From Candidatus Spongiisociaceae bacterium (lineage in GTDB: Bacteria; Actinomycetota; Acidimicrobiia; Spongiisociales; Spongiisociaceae), in the NCBI GenBank assembly GCA_965219685.1, contig CBDCOH010000002.1, forward strand, positions 3,381,311-3,405,310: a stretch of 24,000 nt of DNA, read 5' to 3'. The stretch's first letter is position 1. Every line of letters begins with the position of its first letter. Position numbers and translations under genes: made by a program. The notes under the pieces are model-generated. The model did not search any database and was not told where the DNA came from. It saw nothing but the letters and a program-made list of their open reading frames with translations. Below are positions 8,406 through 16,305 of this stretch, in pieces.

Positions 8406-9317
8406 TTGTCATGCTCCCACTCTGGCGAGGCGGCACGCACGAACACTCTGTCATGTCTGGCCGTCTTGTGGCTGATCCAGAGCCTTTTGCTTCTTCCCTA
8501 TTCGCTGTCGGGCTTGTGGAAGATATGGGACGGTCGTCTTGAATTACTGTCGTCAGACAGTATGGTCAGAATACTATTGAATCGCGCTATAGACGATGCT
8601 AGCAATATAGCGCCGCTCCTACCGCTAATCGCTCGGCATGACCTGCTCGCTCAGTCCATACTCCTGGTTACAGCCTATATAGAAGTGTTCGCACTCTTAG
8701 TGGTCTTCAGACCACATTTGCATAGAGTCTTTGGAGTCATACTGATCATCTTCCATGTCGGAAGTGATTGGCAAATGAACATCTCCTTCTTCAGCAATAT
8801 TCTCATGATCGGCCTCTTCCTAGTGCTGTCTCCGACGGCTCCAACCCGGTTTTCTCTATCTGGCTTGGTACAATCCTTACCCGTGTACGGTATCCCTTTT
8901 CGTGCCTGGGCCCGCCTTCGATCGTCGCGCGACCGCGGTCCCGTGGCCCGGGCTTGGCTCGTCTACGATGGCGAGTGCCCGCTCTGCAGGAATTACACGC
9001 AATACCTCCGGGTGAAGGAGACGGTTGGAGAACTGACACTCGTCGATGCCCGTAAGGGCGGTCCCCTCGTAGATGAGGTTCGTGAATTACCTCATGATCT
9101 CAACGATGGGATGGTTCTGAAGATGCACGGGCGTTACTACATCGGGCATGAGGCGCTGAATGTCCTTGCGTTGGTCTCGGAGAGACGTGGTGGCTTCAGT
9201 AGGGTGAATCGACTCGTATTCAGTTCGCCTCTGGCCGCACGGCTCGGCTATCCCCTGCTGCAGGCAGGACGCTGCCTGCTGCTGAGGGTCAAGGGCGTCC
9301 CACCCATACCGGAGTGA
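8406..9317 (+). CDS. Fusion protein: N-terminal polytopic membrane domain (HTTM-like) + C-terminal DCC-family (DUF393) thiol-disulfide oxidoreductase domain
   Basis: About 5 hydrophobic helices in the first ~170 aa (for example VFGVILIIFHVGSDWQMNISFFSNILMIGLFLVL). These are followed by LVYDGECPLCRNYTQYL, the DCC CxxC motif. The start is uncertain: only TTG candidates exist, and a second TM-like ORF lies in another frame at 8345. Confidence 0.7.
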   Translation: MSCSHSGEAARTNTLSCLAVLWLIQSLLLLPYSLSGLWKIWDGRLELLSSDSMVRILLNRAIDDASNIAPLLPLIARHDLLAQSILLVTAYIEVFALLVVFRPHLHRVFGVILIIFHVGSDWQMNISFFSNILMIGLFLVLSPTAPTRFSLSGLVQSLPVYGIPFRAWARLRSSRDRGPVARAWLVYDGECPLCRNYTQYLRVKETVGELTLVDARKGGPLVDEVRELPHDLNDGMVLKMHGRYYIGHEALNVLALVSERRGGFSRVNRLVFSSPLAARLGYPLLQAGRCLLLRVKGVPPIPE

Positions 9318-9572
9318 GAGAGGATCCTGCCGGCGTAGTTCGTTCGTGAAAGTAACGACAGCGAGTCTTGTATCCGGAGGCGCCTACGTCCCTGTGCCCC
9401 CTCGGGTCAATCCCCGTTAGTCTGTCGTCTAGGCCTCTCTGTCGATGGAGTGACTACCGTACCGGAGGTTAAGCGGCTGCGATTGCGCGGTTGCCCCAGC
9501 GCTCAGGATCGCTCCGACAGCGAATGCCTCCCGCTGTTACAGTCGGACGCGTGCCTACGAGGAGGTGAGGGC

Positions 9573-10811
9573 GTGGGAGACAGCAGGCGCTACAAGGCCT
9601 TCGAGCCCCCCGCCCACGTAGACGCCATCCGCGGAGACCTGCTCCGCCTCACCTTCCCGCTGGAGGAGTACAGGACTCGCTACCGCAGGGTCCAGCGGAT
9701 GATCGGCGACGCGGGCCTCGATTACCTGTTCAGCACCTACCTGCCGCCCGTCTGCTGGATAACGGGATACGAGACCCTCGCCTCCGGGGCACCTGTCGCG
9801 CTGGTGATCCCGGCCGAGGGTGAGCCGACCCTGATGATCGACGACTTCGAGGCTTTCAACACCCTGACGTCGGCTTGGGTGGAGGATGTGGTCACCTTCC
9901 CCTGGGCGGAGAACACCACCGGCGCCTTGATCGACCTGGCCAAGGATCGTGGGTGGGCCGGCAAGCGACTCGGTTGGGATTACAACCGGATGGCGGTTGA
10001 CGTCTTCCAGGCGGTTTCGGACGCGGTCGACGCGGAGTGGGTGCCCACGCGCAACATGCTTGAGGAGGCTCGCTCCCAGAAGAGCCCCGCCGAGATCGAG
10101 CAGATCCGCCGCGCCGGCCGCCTGACGGTGCTCGGCATGGCGGCGGCCCGCGAGTCCATCCGCCCGGGCGTCATCGATACCGACATCGCCAACGCCGCCT
10201 ACGACGCCATCATCGGGGGCGGCAGCGAGCGGATGGGGCTCCAGCCGATCGTGACGGTGGGCAAGCGCTCCGGGATTCCTCACACCACCTTCCGCCGTAT
10301 ACCGATCGAGCCGGGCGAGTCGATCCTCATGGAGTTCGGGGCCTGCATCAACCGCTACACGGCGCCGATGATCCGGGCCGGATTCCTGGGCCAGCCCAAC
10401 AACCCCCTGTGGGTCGAGATGTGGGAGGGGTGCAAGGACGCGGTCGAGAACACCATCCGGCTGATGCGACCCGGCGCCGAGGTCACGCCACTGGCCGAGG
10501 AAGCCTCCGTACGCCTGTTCTCACTCCCGGAAGGGGTGTACGTGGACGGCAACCGCGGTTACTCGATGGGGCTCAGTTTCCCGGCCGGGTGGGGAGACTG
10601 CCCCGGCCTCCAGATCGCCACCGAGCAATTCTTGCCCTCCGCCAGGCCCGCCAGCTACGCCACCCTGAAGGTCGGCCACACGTTCCACGTGCGGGCCATG
10701 GCCCGCCACGTCGGGTTCGCAGGCGTAGGAGTTAGCGAGACGGTGACCGTGACCGAAGACGGCGCCGAGGTGCTCACGTCGAACACCAGGGAACTCGCCG
10801 TCATCGAATGA
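9573..10811 (+). CDS. M24-fold protein (creatinase/ectoine-hydrolase-like), non-canonical metal site
   Basis: Creatinase_N-like N-domain, SQKSPAEIEQIRRAG linker motif and pita-bread C-domain. GTG at 9573 lies 8 nt after GGAGG (9560-9564). The track start at 9450 lacks an SD. Confidence 0.8.
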   Translation: MGDSRRYKAFEPPAHVDAIRGDLLRLTFPLEEYRTRYRRVQRMIGDAGLDYLFSTYLPPVCWITGYETLASGAPVALVIPAEGEPTLMIDDFEAFNTLTSAWVEDVVTFPWAENTTGALIDLAKDRGWAGKRLGWDYNRMAVDVFQAVSDAVDAEWVPTRNMLEEARSQKSPAEIEQIRRAGRLTVLGMAAARESIRPGVIDTDIANAAYDAIIGGGSERMGLQPIVTVGKRSGIPHTTFRRIPIEPGESILMEFGACINRYTAPMIRAGFLGQPNNPLWVEMWEGCKDAVENTIRLMRPGAEVTPLAEEASVRLFSLPEGVYVDGNRGYSMGLSFPAGWGDCPGLQIATEQFLPSARPASYATLKVGHTFHVRAMARHVGFAGVGVSETVTVTEDGAEVLTSNTRELAVIE

Positions 10812-10848
10812 CCTGCGAGGCCGGCGCAACACCAAGGAGCAGCGCCCG

Positions 10849-11433
10849 GTGACCTCCGACGAGACATCCTCGTCGTCCATGTTCGCCTCGGCTCGGGAAC
10901 GGCGGCTCTGGACGTGGACCTTGGCGGTCGTGGTGGCGATCTACTCGACTCTCGGCCTCGCACGGACCCTGGCCGGAATCCTGCGAGAGGAAGGTCTCCT
11001 CGTAGCCGCCTTCGCCGCCGGCATGGTGCTCGTCGGAGCAACGGTCTTGGTCATGGGGCTGAGGAGTCGGCCGGGGGCCGCAGAAGTTGGCATCGCGCTG
11101 GGTATCGCGGCCGCGTACTTCATGGTGATGGTCCGGATGGCCCTCCCGGAGGAGCGCACCCACCTCATTGAATACGGTGTCGTGGCCGTCTTCATCCACG
11201 AAGCGCTGAAGGAGCGGGCCGGCCAGGGCCGGCGTGTCCCCGTACCCGCGCTGATCGCAGTTGGGGCGGCGTCCGCGGTAGGAACGGTCGACGAGGGCAT
11301 CCAGGCGTTCCTTCCCAGCCGTGTCTTCGACACCGAGGACATCCTGTTCAACGTCCTCGCAGCAACGATGGCAGTCGCCTCGAGCGCGGCGCTGGGCTGG
11401 GCCCGCAGCCGCAGGAGAGTCGGTAGCCGGTAG
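10849..11433 (+). CDS. VanZ-like family membrane protein
   Basis: Four hydrophobic segments and the C-terminal VanZ pattern DEGIQAFLPSRVFDTEDILFNVLAA. GTG at 10849 lies 9 nt after AAGGAG. Confidence 0.7.
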   Translation: MTSDETSSSSMFASARERRLWTWTLAVVVAIYSTLGLARTLAGILREEGLLVAAFAAGMVLVGATVLVMGLRSRPGAAEVGIALGIAAAYFMVMVRMALPEERTHLIEYGVVAVFIHEALKERAGQGRRVPVPALIAVGAASAVGTVDEGIQAFLPSRVFDTEDILFNVLAATMAVASSAALGWARSRRRVGSR

Positions 11434-11801
11434 CAACGGTAGGCCTCCAGGTGTGGTGATCGAACAGCCCGCGAGCGCGAAGAGCGCTCACTGACCGGAG
11501 CCACTGTGCCGCCCGATCACCGGCGAGCAGCCCAAGGCCGGCTGGCAGTATTCCATCAGGAAGGTGGTATCCCCTTCATATATCTACTCGCCGTCCTTCG
11601 CCTCTGATTCCGAAGGAGGTCGGTCAGCCTCGTGCGTGCGGAGTCTCGTCGCTGCGCCGAACTCGGGGCTTGCTGCCCCATCGAACTTCGGGCTCGAGCG
11701 AGTCAAGCCTTGAGAACGTGTCCCAAGCCGATAGCTTCCGAAAACTCTCGTGTGTTCATACAATTGAGCCCAAGCCGCTCGCAGGCAGTCCGGATGCTGA
11801 T

Positions 11802-12212
11802 CTAGATCGGCAGTCGATCCACCTGGTCCTCGGTTACCACAAAGCATTCCTGGGCTTCGTTTTCCCTCCATAACTGCAGTGCTAGGGCCAGAACGTAAGG
11901 ATCCGCCGGGTCGTTCTCTGCGTTCGCTTCGATAACTTCACCGGCCACTGCCATAACTTGCTCAACATATCCGGGGTCAGGTCCGCGCCGTACAATGATG
12001 TCAGGCTCAACTCCGAGAGCCCACGCCTCAGGCAGATCTATGTGGCGTTGACCCCCTACCTCCCGTGCTACCTGTCGCGGGAACGTGATCCTCCCGTTCT
12101 CGACCATCTCCTCCAGGTGTTTGGCGAACCGCCATTGATCCCTGGCCTTGACTACCTGTTTGAACGCAATGATCGAAGAGGTGTCAAGGACGTAGATCGT
12201 GTCATCCAGCAT
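11802..12212 (-). CDS. DUF4411 family (PIN-like nuclease fold) protein, ending at an in-frame TAG; homology appears to continue to 11703
   Basis: N-terminus IYVLDTSSIIAFKQ...WRFAKHLEEMVENGRI and ..DPYVLALA...CFVVTED fit the DUF4411 pattern as I recall it. The ATG directly abuts the upstream stop (TAGATG). Confidence 0.7.
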   Translation of the reverse strand: MLDDTIYVLDTSSIIAFKQVVKARDQWRFAKHLEEMVENGRITFPRQVAREVGGQRHIDLPEAWALGVEPDIIVRRGPDPGYVEQVMAVAGEVIEANAENDPADPYVLALALQLWRENEAQECFVVTEDQVDRLPI

Positions 12213-13346
12213 CTACCCACCGACATCCACCAACTGAGCGATTTCGTCGACTTCGGTGGTGTCAACCCTGAGATAGTCGCTCAGGTCACGCAAGTTGAGA
12301 AGTCCCCGGTCAGCCGCCCGGATCAGCTCGTCGACCACAACGCCGCCGTACTCGTCGATGCGACGCTGAGTCCGATACGTGGGCCGGCCCCTAGCAAAGC
12401 CCTTGTCACGATCCCACGTACGCGCCTTCTGGTCCACTAGGGCGTAGAGGGACCAAGGTGCAACCTGAAGGCGTATCAAGCGGACGGCAGCCGCACGAAT
12501 ACTCACCTTGAACTTGGCAGCAACCTTCTTGGCGACACCGAAACCGTCCTCTCCCGCAGGGATCTGATCCACGAACTGCAGCACGGATTCTCTCGGGAGC
12601 AGGACCGAAGCGGCGAACTGCTCACACCATCGTTCCTCGTCGGCAACGTCGCTAACGAGGTCAACACACGCCGACTCGCTCCGTAAGGTGAGGTGACCGA
12701 GTTCATGGAAGGCTGTGAAAACACGTGCCTCCCGGTTGTAGGCCGTGTTCACAGAAATAACTGGCGCGACCTCGTCCGAGAACGAGAAGCCCCGGATACC
12801 GTCCGGCCCGAGTTGGAGGGTGAACATGAGAATCCCGCGGCCCTCGAGCCTCGCCCGCCACCAGCGCCAAGGATCAACACGCGAGTCCCAGGACATCTGT
12901 AGATCAACGCTCACCCCGAGCCAGCGGCGGACCCGCGTCCCGGCCATCTCCGTATCTTCGTCTCGACCGAGCCGGGGCAGATCGGCCCGGCGACCCTGCT
13001 GCCTAAACAAGAAGGACATCAGCTTCTGCAGTCTGCGGGAGCGCCTCACCCAGAGGCGTTCCCGTTCCGACAGAGCACGGCCTACCTGGCCTGGAGACCC
13101 CCTCAACACTGGGACGCTCAATGGCTCAGGTGCGCGGGGAGCGAAGAACAGAGCGCTAGGCCGCTTCAAAGTCTTGAACAGCCGTGTGAACTCGCCCTGC
13201 GACGGTCTAGAAACACCGTCCATCCAATCCCTCAGCACAACGGCGTCTACCCCTACCCTCCCAGAGACATCCTCCAGCAAAAGGCCGCTCTCTTCGACAG
13301 CCCAGCGGACAACCTCGGCGTTCACAGGCACAAAGGACTTCGCCAT
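12213..13346 (-). CDS. XRE-type HTH domain fused to ImmA/IrrE-family (Peptidase_M78/DUF955) zinc metalloprotease
   Basis: N-terminal VNAEVVRWAVEESGLLLEDVSGRVGVDAVVLRDWMDGVSRPSQGEFTRLFKTLKRPSALFF (HTH). HEXXH motif in TAFHELGHLTL. ATG at 13346 is preceded by GGAGGAAGG. The track start at 13535 is an unsupported extension. Confidence 0.8.
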   Translation of the reverse strand: MAKSFVPVNAEVVRWAVEESGLLLEDVSGRVGVDAVVLRDWMDGVSRPSQGEFTRLFKTLKRPSALFFAPRAPEPLSVPVLRGSPGQVGRALSERERLWVRRSRRLQKLMSFLFRQQGRRADLPRLGRDEDTEMAGTRVRRWLGVSVDLQMSWDSRVDPWRWWRARLEGRGILMFTLQLGPDGIRGFSFSDEVAPVISVNTAYNREARVFTAFHELGHLTLRSESACVDLVSDVADEERWCEQFAASVLLPRESVLQFVDQIPAGEDGFGVAKKVAAKFKVSIRAAAVRLIRLQVAPWSLYALVDQKARTWDRDKGFARGRPTYRTQRRIDEYGGVVVDELIRAADRGLLNLRDLSDYLRVDTTEVDEIAQLVDVGG

Positions 13347-13699
13347 CCACCTTCCTCCACTCAAACCACCATAGCCGCCGGGTGAGACCAGGCCGGCTAG
13401 ACCACTGGCTTTGGAGGGTGGTCGAAAACGGGGTAGCGACGGTCCGTCTTCCTCTGACCAGGCATTATGTAGTCGGTCGATTCCGTGAAGGGGTTTCACA
13501 CCACCCTCCTCGACCGTCCGTGCCAGTGAGGCCACACCAACCTCCCGGCACGGCCCGGCAAGAAGGGCGGCGAGCCAGAACTGTCCAGATCGTCTAGCGC
13601 CGCAGTGGAATCGAGGATCAGGAGACTATCCAGGCGGAAAATGCCATATTGTCCTGGGTTTAGGGCGCTGAGAACCCGTGTGAGACCGTCAGGATCCGG

Positions 13700-13774
13700 T
13701 GGGCCCACCTGGATTTGAACCAGGGACCTCATCCTTATCAGGGATGCGCTCTAACCAACCTGAGCTATGGGCCC
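13700..13774 (-). tRNA. tRNA-Ile (anticodon GAT)
   Basis: Minus-strand sequence GGGCCCATAGCTCAGGTTGGTTAGAGCGCATCCCTGATAAGGATGAGGTCCCTGGTTCAAATCCAGGTGGGCCCA. 7-bp acceptor stem, D stem GCTC/GAGC, anticodon stem CATCC/GGATG with loop CTGATAA, T arm CCTGG-TTCAAAT-CCAGG. CCA is not fully encoded (CCG). A TATTAT box lies 10 nt upstream of the 5' end. Confidence 0.93.
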
Positions 13775-13820
13775 GGAGAGCCAGATAATACACCGCCGCC
13801 GACTCCTTCCGGAAGGCGGG

Positions 13821-14654
13821 TTAGCGGGCGATCCAGGCCTCGGCGATCTGACCGACATACTCCAGCACCTCGGACGTCGGAGCGGTGGGTAGGCAGACGA
13901 CTACCCGGTCGCATCCGGCTTCGGCCATCTCCTCGATCCGGTGCGACGCGGTGTAGTCGAGGTAGACGCTGATCTCCAGCGGCCCCCTGCCGTTGGCGGC
14001 CGCGGCGGCCTGGACCTCGGCGATCTCGGCTGGGGTCACCCGGTACATGCCCAGCGGGATCCACCCGTCCGCCAACGAGGCCAGGTCTGCCTTGGTTCCG
14101 GGACCCAGGGCCGCTCCGATGTGAACAGGGGGGTGGGGATGCTGGAGGGGTTTGGGTCCTTGGCGACTCGCAGCCAGGTGCATGCTGTCACCCGCGAACT
14201 CCGTGGTATCGGTGGTCCACAGTGCCTTGACCATCCTCAGCTTCTCCCGCGTGATCGCCCGCCGCTGGTCGAAGGGGATACCGTGGCTCTCGTACTCCTT
14301 CCTGAGCCATCCGTACCCGACGCCGAACAGGAACCGGCCGCCCGAGATGCGGTCGAGGGTGGCGGTGGCCTTGGCCGTCCAGATCGGATCCCGGATCCCG
14401 AGCAAGGTGATCCCGGTCCCGAGCAGCATCCTGGCGGTGGAGGAGGCGACCGCGGCCAGGGAGGTGAACGCGTCGTAGAGGATCTCGTACTTCTCGGGTA
14501 ACCGGCGGTCCCCGAGTTCCTGCTGCTGGGCCAGTGGCATGTGGGAGTGCTCCGGCAACCACAGAGATTCGAAGCCGTGGGCTTCGAGCTCGACGCCCAA
14601 CTCGGCGGGCTGGATCGAATCGGCCGTGAAGAAGATGGAGGCGCCTATGTGCAC
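13821..14654 (-). CDS. Luciferase-like monooxygenase (LLM) class, probable F420-dependent oxidoreductase
   Basis: HIGASIFFTADS...ELGVELEAHGFESLWLPEHSHMP is the typical N-terminus of the actinobacterial LLM F420 class. 277 aa. GTG start lies 7 nt after the sulfatase stop. Confidence 0.85.
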   Translation of the reverse strand: MHIGASIFFTADSIQPAELGVELEAHGFESLWLPEHSHMPLAQQQELGDRRLPEKYEILYDAFTSLAAVASSTARMLLGTGITLLGIRDPIWTAKATATLDRISGGRFLFGVGYGWLRKEYESHGIPFDQRRAITREKLRMVKALWTTDTTEFAGDSMHLAASRQGPKPLQHPHPPVHIGAALGPGTKADLASLADGWIPLGMYRVTPAEIAEVQAAAAANGRGPLEISVYLDYTASHRIEEMAEAGCDRVVVCLPTAPTSEVLEYVGQIAEAWIAR

Positions 14655-14661
14655 TGTGCCC

Positions 14662-16305
14662 TCACGCCCTGCGAAGCCTGGCGCGTCCCTGGTCCACCCC
14701 GCGGCGTTCCAGCGCGAGCAGCTGTTGCAGGTCCTCGCGCAAGTTGAAGTTCACGCCCACCCGGACAGCCCACTCCTTCCATTCGTCCGCCATCCGAACG
14801 ACTCGCTGCCTCTCCCGGCAGGCCAGATCGTTGCTCTCGGTGCGATCCTCGTCGATCTGGTACAGCTCCCACCGTTCTTCCTCCCCGCTCACCAGCTTCC
14901 ACGGACCGTTTCTGATCGCTCGGTACCCCTCGTGCTCGAAGAACAGGGCTCCCGGACGCTCCCATCCACAATTGCGGAAAGCGGGCAGCAGGCTGTGCCC
15001 CTCGTAGGGAGTGATGTCGCGACCACGGAACCGGGCCGGGTACGCGGCGCCCGCCGCCTCGAGACAGGTGGGCATGATGTCCACGAGATGGGCGGGTGTG
15101 TGAACCACGCCCGACTCCGGAACGCCGGCCGGCCAATGGACTATGAGCGGGGTGGAGATGCCACCCTCGTGCACCCACCCCTTGAATCGACGGAACGGAG
15201 TGTTGGAGACGTTCGCCCAGCAGATGTCGTAGCTCTGGAATGTCTCCGGCCCGCCCGGGACGATGTCCGGAGTGTTTCCGTAGTGCATCGGCCGGCCGTC
15301 AGGGGTGGTGTCCGCCATCCAGCCGGGCCGCATAGGGCCGTCCTCGGCCAGGAACTCCGCCGCTCCGCCGTTGTCGGACAGGAAGACGATCAGCGTATTG
15401 TCCAGCTCGTCCCGCTCGCGGAGCGCCTGCACCAGTCTGGCCACCCCCTGGTCCATGCGATCGATCTGGGCGGCGTACACCGCCATCCGGTACGCCTCCC
15501 ACTCCGGATAGGTGGACTCCTCCCAGGGGAAGGCGGTCGGATCGCGGGGGCTGATCGGCCAGCGGGGGTCGACCAGGCCCCGCTCCTTGAGTTCCTCGTG
15601 ACGGGCGGTCCTGATCGAGTCCCAGCCGCCCCGGTAGTGGTTCTCGTAGCCGGCGATGTCCTCCCCGCGGGCGTGCAGGGGCCAATGGGGGGCGGTGTAG
15701 GAGAGGTACAGGAAGAAGGGCACCTCGTCGTCCATGGCCTCGGTGGCCATGCGTACCGCGTGGTCGCTTATCCGATCCGTGTAGTACCAGTCGGGCTCCG
15801 TCTGGTCGAGCAGTTCCTCGTTGCGCATCAGGTAGGTGGGCTTGTAGTACGAGCCGGCCCCGCCGATCGTCCCGAAGAAGTCGTCGAACCCCCGCTCCCT
15901 CGGCAGGGGGAATCCGGGACGCTCATCGGGCCAACTGTCCCGCTCGGCCATGTTCCGCTGGCGCGCCACATGCCACTTACCCGACATGAGCGTGCGGTAT
16001 CCCGCGGCCTGCAGCGCCTCGGCGACGGTGACGGATGAGTCGTTCAGGTAACCCTGGTAGGCGGGATTGGTTTCCGACATGGTGTAGGTCATGTGGCCGA
16101 TGCCGGCCTGGTGCGGGTGCAAACCGGTCAGCAGCGCGGCCCTCGACGGGCAGCAGCGAGCCGAGTTGTACATCTGGGTGAAACGGAGCCCGTCCCGGGC
16201 GAGCGAATCGATCGCCGGCGTGGATATCTCCGACCCGTAACAACCGAGATCCGAGAAGCCGAGATCGTCGGCCAGGATCACGACGATGTTGGGCCTGTCA
16301 CTCAC
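14662..16305 (-). CDS. Arylsulfatase (Cys-type, formylglycine-dependent sulfatase family)
   Basis: PNIVVILADDLGFSDLGCYG, then the sulfatase signature SARCCPSRAALLTG. No N-terminal signal peptide. The GTG start overlaps the upstream stop (GTGA). Confidence 0.9.
   Translation of the reverse strand: MSDRPNIVVILADDLGFSDLGCYGSEISTPAIDSLARDGLRFTQMYNSARCCPSRAALLTGLHPHQAGIGHMTYTMSETNPAYQGYLNDSSVTVAEALQAAGYRTLMSGKWHVARQRNMAERDSWPDERPGFPLPRERGFDDFFGTIGGAGSYYKPTYLMRNEELLDQTEPDWYYTDRISDHAVRMATEAMDDEVPFFLYLSYTAPHWPLHARGEDIAGYENHYRGGWDSIRTARHEELKERGLVDPRWPISPRDPTAFPWEESTYPEWEAYRMAVYAAQIDRMDQGVARLVQALRERDELDNTLIVFLSDNGGAAEFLAEDGPMRPGWMADTTPDGRPMHYGNTPDIVPGGPETFQSYDICWANVSNTPFRRFKGWVHEGGISTPLIVHWPAGVPESGVVHTPAHLVDIMPTCLEAAGAAYPARFRGRDITPYEGHSLLPAFRNCGWERPGALFFEHEGYRAIRNGPWKLVSGEEERWELYQIDEDRTESNDLACRERQRVVRMADEWKEWAVRVGVNFNLREDLQQLLALERRGVDQGRARLRRA

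Noticed and set aside
8011-8475. 154-aa plus-strand ORF in the gene-poor stretch
   Set aside because: It has Ser/Pro/Ala/Arg-rich low-complexity composition, no SD and no recognisable domain. It overlaps the likely start region of the membrane-DCC gene.
11441-11470. Possible att-like repeat of the tRNA-Ile 3' end (TCCAGGTG shared with the T-arm/acceptor region) at the far edge of the islet
   Set aside because: Only about 8-9 nt match, and the match is in inverted rather than direct orientation relative to the tRNA. No integrase is present, so this is not enough to define island ends.
11473-11489. Hairpin GAGCGC-GAAGA-GCGCTC about 40 nt downstream of the VanZ-like gene, as a possible terminator
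   Set aside because: The stem is only 6 bp and there is no following T-tract. It cannot be distinguished from chance in GC-rich DNA.
13347-13699. Small inverted repeats (GTGAA-N5-TTCAC near 13485-13499; CCAGG-N18-CCTGG near 13631-13658) as operators for the HTH-ImmA protein
   Set aside because: The arms are only 5 bp, which is expected by chance in 350 nt. I kept this only as a note, and it would need binding data.
13496-13732. 78-aa minus-strand ORF
   Set aside because: It overlaps the tRNA-Ile gene and the non-coding spacer. It has no SD and no motifs.
14539-16038. 499-aa plus-strand ORF
   Set aside because: It is fully antisense to the arylsulfatase gene, whose product has unmistakable sulfatase motifs. 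It is a typical open antisense frame of high-GC DNA, with no motifs.
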